Origin: Pyrinomonadaceae bacterium
GTDB taxonomy: Bacteria; Acidobacteriota; Blastocatellia; Pyrinomonadales; Pyrinomonadaceae
Assembly: GCA_035296285.1 (NCBI GenBank)
Contig: DATHBF010000449.1
Span: forward strand, 3,182 to 67,181
Direction of reading: 5' to 3'
DNA: 64,000 bases
In this document: positions 41,976 through 51,306 of the stretch, in pieces
How the letters are laid out: the number at the start of each line of letters is the position of its first letter
Numbering within the stretch: the stretch's first letter is position 1
Position numbers and translations under genes: made by a program
Notes under the pieces: generated by a model
The model's input: the letters and a program-made list of their open reading frames with translations, nothing else
What the model was told of the DNA's origin: nothing
Database searches by the model: none

Positions 41976-42599
41976 ATGATGAGAGGAACGCTGGCCCTCG
42001 TCCTCCTCTTCGCCGTAACGGCTGGCGCGCAGGAGTTCGAAAGGGCGCGGGAGGCGCCGGGCGGCGGCCCCGCGGCCTTCGAGTTCGAGCTGTCGGGCTA
42101 CTCCTACCACGTCGCGTCGAACGGCAACGGGCGGAGGGCGAAGGGCGGGCGCGCGCGCCCCTTCAACCTGCGGCTCGAAGGCAGGGACTCCATCACGCGC
42201 CTCCGCTTCTCGAAGTTCAAGGACGACCTGCTGCTGCTCTGCGAAGTCTCGGACGGCGAGAGGCAAGGCGCCTTCGCCGCGCGGCTCGAACAGCCCTCGA
42301 TGCGCGCCCGCTGGAAGCTCGCCGTCCCCTCGTCTTCAATCGGGCCGGCGCTGCGCGAAGGCCAGCGCCTCTACCTCACGGGCCGCGGCTTCGTCGCCCT
42401 GCTCGACGTGGACCAGGGCGCATACGTCTGGCAACACGTTGACCTCCACGGCCGCCGCGGCCCCGGCTCCTTTGAAGCCTTCGAGCGGCCCGAGCGCGCC
42501 GGCCGCGAGGTTCTGTTCCGCGAGCGGCCGGTCTACAATGGCCCGGCGCGGACCGCCGTCGTGGACAACAAGACCGGCAGGCTCGTCCGCGTCGAGTAA
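41976..42599 (+). CDS. secreted hypothetical protein
   Basis: Signal peptide MMRGTLALVLLFAVTAGAQ. No recognisable family. The start abuts the upstream stop (TAGATG). Confidence 0.45.
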   Translation: MMRGTLALVLLFAVTAGAQEFERAREAPGGGPAAFEFELSGYSYHVASNGNGRRAKGGRARPFNLRLEGRDSITRLRFSKFKDDLLLLCEVSDGERQGAFAARLEQPSMRARWKLAVPSSSIGPALREGQRLYLTGRGFVALLDVDQGAYVWQHVDLHGRRGPGSFEAFERPERAGREVLFRERPVYNGPARTAVVDNKTGRLVRVE

Positions 42600-42614
42600 G
42601 GCGACCTTCATACA

Positions 42615-43787
42615 ATGCAGCGAGACACGTTCATCGAAGAGACGCCCTTCTTCACGGAAGAGCACGCGCGGCTGGCGGCCGGCGTCGCGGACTTCGCCGC
42701 GCGCGAGGTCGAGCCGCGCGCGGCCGACGGCGAAGACGGCGACACCGACGCCGCCTTCCGCGAGCTTCTGAGCCTGCTCGCGCAGGCGGACCTTCTGCGC
42801 TTCGCGGTGCCGCCGGCCGACGGCTCGCCGCTCGACGCGCGCTCTCTCTGTGTCGTGCGCGAGGCGCTGGCCTTCTCTTCCCCTCTGGCCGACCTCGCCT
42901 TCGTCATGCAGGGCCTCGGCACCTACGCCATCAGCCTCGCCGCGCACGAGCACGTCCGCGACTTCTGGCTCGGCCGGGCTCGCTCGGGCAAGTCCGTCGC
43001 CGCCTTCGCGCTCACCGAGCCCGAGGCCGGCTCCGACGTTTCCGGCATCCAGACGACGGCCGCGCGCGACGGCGACTCCTTCCGCATCCGCGGCCGCAAG
43101 TGCTTCATCTCGAACGCGGGCGTCGCCGACTTCTACACGGTCTTCGCGCGCACGGGCGAGCGCGAGGGCGGGCGGCCCGAGATTTCGGCCTTCATTGTCG
43201 GCGCGCGGATGCCCGGCTTCCGCCTGCTGGCGCGCACGCGCCTCGTCGCCGCCCACCCCATCGGCGAGATAGAGTTCGACGACGTGCGCGTCCCCGCCGA
43301 GGACATGCTCGGCGCCGAGGGCGACGGCTTCCGGCTGGCGATGATGACGATGGACATGTTCCGCGCCAGCGTCGGCGCCGCCGCCTGCGGGATGGCGCGG
43401 CGCGCGCTCTTCGAGTCGATCAACCACGCCCGCCGCCGCCGCCAGTTCGGCGTCACGCTCGCCATGCAGCAGCTCATCCAGGAGAAGCTGGCGACGATGC
43501 AGACGGAGCTGGACGCCGCGCGCCTTCTGGTCTACCGCGCCGCGCACCTCAAGGACTCGGCCGCGCCGGGGCCGCACCTGACGCGCGCCGCGAGCGAGGC
43601 CAAGCTCTTCGCCACCGAGGCCGCGCAGCGCATCGTGGACGAGGCCGTGCAGATTCACGGCGGCTACGGCCTCGTCCACGGCGCCGTCGTCGAGCGCCTC
43701 TACCGCGACGTGAGGGCGCTTCGCATCTACGAGGGCACCTCCGAAATCCAGAAGCTCGTCATCGCCCGCGAGATGCTGAAAGAATAG
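42615..43787 (+). CDS. acyl-CoA dehydrogenase
   Basis: Contains FALTEPEAGSDVSGIQTTA...FISNAGVADFY..., and a C-terminal ...RIYEGTSEIQKLVIAREML with the catalytic Glu region. Confidence 0.85.
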   Translation: MQRDTFIEETPFFTEEHARLAAGVADFAAREVEPRAADGEDGDTDAAFRELLSLLAQADLLRFAVPPADGSPLDARSLCVVREALAFSSPLADLAFVMQGLGTYAISLAAHEHVRDFWLGRARSGKSVAAFALTEPEAGSDVSGIQTTAARDGDSFRIRGRKCFISNAGVADFYTVFARTGEREGGRPEISAFIVGARMPGFRLLARTRLVAAHPIGEIEFDDVRVPAEDMLGAEGDGFRLAMMTMDMFRASVGAAACGMARRALFESINHARRRRQFGVTLAMQQLIQEKLATMQTELDAARLLVYRAAHLKDSAAPGPHLTRAASEAKLFATEAAQRIVDEAVQIHGGYGLVHGAVVERLYRDVRALRIYEGTSEIQKLVIAREMLKE

Positions 43788-43807
43788 GCTGGCCTCGGAC
43801 TTCTCAT

Positions 43808-44944
43808 ATGCGCGTTAACATCATCGGCGGGGGGCCGGCGGGGCTCTACTTCGCGCTGCTCCTGAAGAAGCACGACCCGGCGCACGAGGTCGCGGTCTAC
43901 GAGCGGAACCCGCCGGACGCGACCTTCGGCTGGGGCGTCGTCTTTTCGGGGCGCACGCTCTCGAATCTGCGCGAGGCCGACGCCGACTCGCACCGCGCGC
44001 TCTCGGAGAGCTTCGAGACGTGGGACAACGTGGACGTGCTCCTGCGCGAGAGCCGCGTCACGGTGCGCGGCAACCACTTCTCCGCCATCGCGCGCATCCG
44101 GCTCCTGAACATCCTCCATGAACGCTGCGCGCGCCTCGGCGTCCGCCTTCTCTTCCGCGAGGAGGCGGCCGACTTCGGCAAGCTCTCGGCCGACTGCGAC
44201 CTGCTCGTCGGGGCCGACGGCGTCGGCAGTCTCGTGCGCCAGCACTACGCGGAAGAGTTAGGGCCGGAGCTGGGCGAGGGGCGCAACAGGTACATCTGGT
44301 ACGGCACGCGCCGCCTCTTCCACGGGCTGACGCTCACCTTCCGCGAGTCGGAGGCGGGCGTCTTCGCCGCGCACTCATACAAGTTCAGCCCCGACACGAG
44401 CACCTTCATCGTCGAGTGCGACGAAGAGACGTGGGGGCGTTCGGGATTCTCCGCGATGTCCGACGCCGAGACGCGCGCGCACCTCGCCGGGGTCTTCCAA
44501 AAGGACCTCGACGGCCACGAGCTTCTGTCGAACAACTCGCGCTGGATAAATTTTCTACTCGTGAGGAATCGGCGCTGGAGCGCGGGCAACGTCGTGCTGC
44601 TCGGCGACGCGCTGCACACCGCCCACTTCTCCATCGGCTCGGGCACGAAGCTCGCCATGGAAGACTCCATCGCCCTCTTCCGCCTCTTCGCCGCCGGCCT
44701 CGACGTGCCCTCGGCCCTCGACGAGTTCGAGCGCACGCGCCGGCCCGTCATCGAAGAGTACCAGCAGGCCGCGCACGAGAGCCGCCTCTGGTTCGAGCGC
44801 GCCGCCGACCACACACACCTCGCGCCCCTGCCCTTCGCCTACAGCCTCATGACCCGCAGCAAGCGCCTCGACCACGAGAGCCTGCGCCGCCGCGACCCCG
44901 ACTTCGTCGCCGCCTACGAGAAGGAAATAGCCGGTAAAGAGTAA
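43808..44944 (+). CDS. FAD-dependent aromatic-ring (acyl-CoA) monooxygenase, equivalent to the N-terminal half of 2-aminobenzoyl-CoA monooxygenase/reductase or salicylyl-CoA 5-hydroxylase
   Basis: MRVNIIGGGPAGLYFALLLKK gives a GxGxxG FAD fold. Also ...LVGADGVGSLVR and ...VLLGDALHTAHFSIGSGTKLAMEDS. The ATG is at 43808 inside the longer track ORF. The partner OYE-like reductase is encoded convergently at 45413-46900. Confidence 0.75.
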   Translation: MRVNIIGGGPAGLYFALLLKKHDPAHEVAVYERNPPDATFGWGVVFSGRTLSNLREADADSHRALSESFETWDNVDVLLRESRVTVRGNHFSAIARIRLLNILHERCARLGVRLLFREEAADFGKLSADCDLLVGADGVGSLVRQHYAEELGPELGEGRNRYIWYGTRRLFHGLTLTFRESEAGVFAAHSYKFSPDTSTFIVECDEETWGRSGFSAMSDAETRAHLAGVFQKDLDGHELLSNNSRWINFLLVRNRRWSAGNVVLLGDALHTAHFSIGSGTKLAMEDSIALFRLFAAGLDVPSALDEFERTRRPVIEEYQQAAHESRLWFERAADHTHLAPLPFAYSLMTRSKRLDHESLRRRDPDFVAAYEKEIAGKE

Positions 44945-44967
44945 TCGGCAGCCGCCACAGAAACTAA

Positions 44968-45010
44968 ATCGGGGGCCGACGCGAGGATGTCGCCCCCGAT
45001 TTCTTTATCT
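44968..45010 (+). terminator. rho-independent terminator
   Basis: ATCGGGGGC-cgacgcgaggatgtc-GCCCCCGAT followed by TTCTTTATCT. It lies 24 nt after the stop at 44944. Confidence 0.7.
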
Positions 45011-45048
45011 GCGGCGCGAAAACGTATTCCCACACCGGCAAAATTAAT

Positions 45049-45384
45049 TACTGCAAGGCGAAAATCTATTGCCGCATAAATTTAACCTATCACTTCGGTG
45101 TGAAATATAAACGCTACGAATGCGAAACGGACCACTACAACGTGAAAACGGACCGATGTATAAATAAATTCTATTACTTCAGGGTTGAATATAATTACTA
45201 CAAATGTAAATCCTATTAGTACAAGGTGAAAGCGGACTGGTACTAGGTGAGAATCTGTTAATTCACTGTCTCAGAGTACTGTTGTAAGGTGAGAATCTAT
45301 TAATTCGCCGTCTTAGAGTACTGCTGCAAGGTGCAATCCTCCGTACGCAGCCGCAAAACTTCCGTCGGCGACGTGAAAACGCCC
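45049..45384. repeat. AT-rich array of 16 consecutive degenerate 21-nt units (consensus about YRCTRCAAGGTGAAAAYCKRY), including two near-identical 42-bp units
   Basis: Cutting the sequence every 21 nt from 45049 places GTGAAA, GCGAAA, GTGAGA, GTGCAA or a close variant at unit columns 10-15 in at least 10 of the 16 units. Units 2, 6, 11 and 13 are a distinct subtype and lack it. Register is kept without any indel. Positions 45247-45288 and 45289-45330 form a 42-bp tandem duplicate. The region is visibly AT-rich compared with its flanks. Confidence 0.8.
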
Positions 45385-45412
45385 GTCGTCAACCGCGGCG
45401 AGGAACGTTCCT

Positions 45413-46900
<1,488 letters not shown>

Positions 46901-46936
46901 GATTTCGCGCGGCGAGTTTACCAAAAGAAGTCGCCA

Positions 46937-46992
46937 GTTATCAGTTGCCGGCCGCCGGCAAAGACGAAAACTGACGGCCGACACCTGATAAC
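46937..46992. promoter_or_regulatory. nested inverted repeats in the divergent promoter region (GTTATCAG...CTGATAAC enclosing TTGCCGG-CCG-CCGGCAA)
   Basis: Read directly from the sequence between the divergent starts at 46900 (-) and 47070 (+). Confidence 0.3.
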
Positions 46993-47069
46993 CTGCCACC
47001 TGTCACAATTCCTAAACCCTTCGCGGGCGCGCTTCGTACGGTGGAGTTGTGCCGGGGGTTTTAAGGCTG

Positions 47070-47519
47070 ATGGGTAAGTGGGAACACTTTTTCGGGCGTT
47101 TGTTCGGGGGCGCTTTCGGCGGCCGGGGTCACGGCCTGCCGGCGGACGCTTCCGCGCCGCGCCGCGCGGGCGCCGAGTCCTTCGCCAGCCGCTTCGAGCG
47201 AGCCGGCGTCCGCCTCTTCAAGAACAACTGCCTCGTCCTCCCCTGGGTCCGCGAGCGTGAAGAGATTGAAGCCTCCGTGCAAGGCGCGCGGGCCGATCTG
47301 CTGCGCTCGTGGAACGTCTACCGCGACCGCGTCGGCTCGAAGCGCACGGCCGCGCTGGCCGAGTCGGACTGGCGCCGCGCCGTCGGCGCCTTCCACCGCC
47401 AGACCGCCGACCTCAACCGCCTCATCGCCGCCTACAACCTCAAAGCCCCCTCCGCCGCCTTCCGCAAATGGCCCCTCCACGCCGACCGCGAACTCGAAAG
47501 CGTCACCCGCGACGCCTGA
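47070..47519 (+). CDS. DUF1992 (DnaJC28-like C-terminal domain) protein
   Basis: FKNNCLVLPWVREREEIE...ADLNRLIAAYNLKAPSAAFRKWPL resembles the DUF1992 pattern. This is from memory. The ATG at 47070 is preferred over the GTG at 47049. Confidence 0.5.
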   Translation: MGKWEHFFGRLFGGAFGGRGHGLPADASAPRRAGAESFASRFERAGVRLFKNNCLVLPWVREREEIEASVQGARADLLRSWNVYRDRVGSKRTAALAESDWRRAVGAFHRQTADLNRLIAAYNLKAPSAAFRKWPLHADRELESVTRDA

Positions 47520-47607
47520 ACTCCTCCGCCACAACCACGTCGGCACGGGTGGCCTTCCAAGTTGCCCGTAGATATACTGGCGCTTAACGTTTCAGGAGGA
47601 GACTTTT

Positions 47608-48804
<1,197 letters not shown>

Positions 48805-48806
48805 AC

Positions 48807-49667
48807 ATGACGAATGAATACGGCGGCAAAACCCCGCTCTCCTACAACAAGTACCTGCGCGTGCGCGACCTGATCGCGTTGCAGGACTGTCTGTCGGAGC
48901 CCGCGCACCACGACGAGTTGCTCTTCATCACCATCCACCAGGCTTACGAGCTCTGGTTCAAGCAGGTCTTGCACGAGATAGACTTCGCCGCGGCGGCCGT
49001 CGCCGAGGACCGCGCGCCCGCGGCCGCCCGCGCCCTCGCGCGCGTCGTCGAGATCGAGAAGATGCTCGTCACGCAGATTCACATCCTTGAGACGATGACG
49101 CCCATCAACTTCCTCGGCTTCCGCGACCAGTTGAACCCGGCGAGCGGCTTCCAGTCCATGCAGTTCCGCGAGATCGAGTTCGCCTCGGGCCTGAAGGACG
49201 AGGGCATCCTCCGCGCCTTCCGCGACGACGAGTTCGCCTCCGAGCGCCTGCGCGCGCGCTTCGACGCGCCGACCCTCGGCGAAGCCTTCTTCTCGTACCT
49301 CACGCGCCGCGGCCTCGACGCCCCGGCCGACGACCCCTCGCAGAGTGAGGAGGAAAGGCGACGCGCCTACGACCGCCGCGTCCTCGCCGCCCTCGAAGTC
49401 CTGACCCACTTCGAGACGCGCTACGAGGAGTTCCAACTCGCCGAATCGCTCATCGCGCACGACGAATACTTCTCGCTCTGGCGCCACCACCACGTCAAGA
49501 TGGTCGAGCGGATGCTCGGCACCAAGAAGGGCACGGGCGGCTCCGAGGGCGTCGGCTACCTGCGGACCACGCTCGACAAGAAATTCTTCCCCGAACTCTG
49601 GGAGGCGCGCACACACCTCGACACCACGCACGGCCACGCCGGCTGCCCTTTCGCCGGCCACAGCTAA
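48807..49667 (+). CDS. kynA: tryptophan 2,3-dioxygenase
   Basis: SYNKYLRVRDLIALQDCLSEPAHHDELLFITIHQAYELWFKQVLHEID is the canonical bacterial TDO N-terminal region. Confidence 0.85.
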   Translation: MTNEYGGKTPLSYNKYLRVRDLIALQDCLSEPAHHDELLFITIHQAYELWFKQVLHEIDFAAAAVAEDRAPAAARALARVVEIEKMLVTQIHILETMTPINFLGFRDQLNPASGFQSMQFREIEFASGLKDEGILRAFRDDEFASERLRARFDAPTLGEAFFSYLTRRGLDAPADDPSQSEEERRRAYDRRVLAALEVLTHFETRYEEFQLAESLIAHDEYFSLWRHHHVKMVERMLGTKKGTGGSEGVGYLRTTLDKKFFPELWEARTHLDTTHGHAGCPFAGHS

Positions 49668-49681
49668 ACTCTCAGCCGCCT

Positions 49682-51229
49682 ATGTCCCACGTCGAATTTC
49701 CGGAACGATTCAACATGGCGGACTACTTCCTCTACCACAACGTGGAGGAGGGGCGCGAAGCCAAGGTCTGCCTCTACTACGAGGACGAGCGTTACACCTA
49801 CGGCGACGCCGTGCGTCTGTCGAACCGCGCCGGAGGCGCCCTGCGCGAGTCGGGCCTGAGAGTCGAAGACCGCGTGCTGTTGGTGCTGCCCGACTGCCCG
49901 GAGTTCGTCTGGACGTGGTTCGGCGCGGCGCGGGCTGGCGGCGTCATCACGATGGTCAACCCGCTGCTGCCGGCGGACGACTACCGCTACTACCTCGAAT
50001 ACACGCGCGCCCGCGTCGCCGTCGTCCACGAGTCGCTGCTTGAGAACTTCACGCGGGCGGCCGAAGGCGCGCGGCATCTACAGAGCGTGCTGGTCGTCGG
50101 CGGCGAGCGCGGCCCGTTCCATTCCTTCGCCGAAGTCTTGAACGCGCAAGCAGACGAGCTGACGCCCGCCGACACGCACCGCGACGACCCGGCCATCTGG
50201 CTCTTCACCTCCGGCTCGACCGGCCACCCGAAGGGCGCCGTCCACCTCCAGCACGACCTGCCCTTCAACACGGAGTGCTACGCCAAGCGCGTCCTCGGCG
50301 TGAACGAAAATGATTTGACCGTCTCCGTCCCCAAGCTCTTCTTCGGCTACGCGACGGGCACGAACCTGCTCTTCCCCTTCTCCGTCGGCGGCGCCACCGC
50401 GCTCTTCTCTGAGAGGTCAACGCCCGACAAACTCTTCGAGGTCATCGAACGCTACCGCCCCACCGTCCTCACCAGCGTGCCGACGATGATCGGCGCCATG
50501 CTCAACGCCGAGAACTCGGCCGCGCGCGACCTGTCCTCCCTGCGGATGTGTCTCTCGGCCGGCGAGGCGCTGCCCGTCGAGTTGTACCGCCGCTGGGTCG
50601 AGACCTTCGGCGTCGAGATTCTCGACGGCATCGGCTCGGCCGAGATGTTCCACATCTACATCACGAACCGGCCCGGCGACGTGAAGCCCGGCAGCCTCGG
50701 CCGCATCGTCGAGGGCTACGAGGCCGAGGTAGTTGACGCCGACGGCCGCGCGCTCCCCGCGGGCGAGATGGGCACGCTCCGCGTCAAGGGCGACTCGGCC
50801 GCGCTCTGCTACTGGCAGGCGCACGAGAAGTCGAAGCAGACGTTTGCCGGCGACTGGTGCACGACCGGCGACCAGTTCCACGTAGACGCCGACGGCTATT
50901 ACTGGTATCACGGCCGCACCGACGACATGCTCAAGGTCTCCGGCATCTACGTCGCGCCGGCCGAGATCGAGAACTGCCTGCTCCGCCACGAGGCGGTCGC
51001 CGAGGCCGCAATCGTCGGCCACGACGACGGCTCCGGCCTCGTCAAGCCCAAAGCCTTCCTCGTCCTCCGCGAAGGCCACGCCCCCGGCGAGGACCTCGCG
51101 CGCCAGATTCAGGACTTCGTCAAGTCGCGCCTCGCCCCCTACAAGTACCCGCGCCGGGTCGAGTTCGTCGCCTCGCTCCCGAAGAACGACCGCGGCAAGA
51201 TAGACCGGAAGGCGCTCAAGACGCGGTGA
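49682..51229 (+). CDS. benzoate-CoA ligase family enzyme (probable 2-aminobenzoate-CoA ligase)
   Basis: Contains FPERFNMADYFL...WLFTSGSTGHPKGAVHLQHDL...GEMGTLRVKGDS...GDQFHVDADGYYWYHGRTDDMLKVSG...PKNDRGKIDR. These are ANL motifs with a benzoate-CoA-ligase-type N-terminus. Confidence 0.8.
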   Translation: MSHVEFPERFNMADYFLYHNVEEGREAKVCLYYEDERYTYGDAVRLSNRAGGALRESGLRVEDRVLLVLPDCPEFVWTWFGAARAGGVITMVNPLLPADDYRYYLEYTRARVAVVHESLLENFTRAAEGARHLQSVLVVGGERGPFHSFAEVLNAQADELTPADTHRDDPAIWLFTSGSTGHPKGAVHLQHDLPFNTECYAKRVLGVNENDLTVSVPKLFFGYATGTNLLFPFSVGGATALFSERSTPDKLFEVIERYRPTVLTSVPTMIGAMLNAENSAARDLSSLRMCLSAGEALPVELYRRWVETFGVEILDGIGSAEMFHIYITNRPGDVKPGSLGRIVEGYEAEVVDADGRALPAGEMGTLRVKGDSAALCYWQAHEKSKQTFAGDWCTTGDQFHVDADGYYWYHGRTDDMLKVSGIYVAPAEIENCLLRHEAVAEAAIVGHDDGSGLVKPKAFLVLREGHAPGEDLARQIQDFVKSRLAPYKYPRRVEFVASLPKNDRGKIDRKALKTR

Positions 51230-51306
51230 GCGCCGGGCGGGCGCCGCGGCGGCGCCCGCCCGGCGCAGACCTCATCTTTTCCCGGGCCTCAGACCCCGGA
51301 CACCGA

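Noticed and set aside
43100-44944. Long N-terminal extensions of track ORFs (also 50857-53523, 38836-39879, 53331-53990, 46901-46999)
   Set aside because: The extensions overlap upstream genes in another frame and have low-complexity R/P/A composition. Internal ATGs with protein-family-typical N-termini were used instead (43808, 51307, 39487, 53577, 46900).
45049-45384. CRISPR array interpretation of the 21-nt repeat region
   Set aside because: The units are contiguous and only 21 nt long, with no alternation of conserved repeats and unique spacers. There are no cas genes in the window.
45049-45384. oriC / DnaA-box cluster interpretation of the GTGAAA repeats
   Set aside because: The units only loosely resemble the reverse DnaA box (TGTGNAWAA), and most have two or more mismatches. 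No dnaA, dnaN or other origin-linked genes are nearby. I kept it only as a remote possibility inside the main finding.
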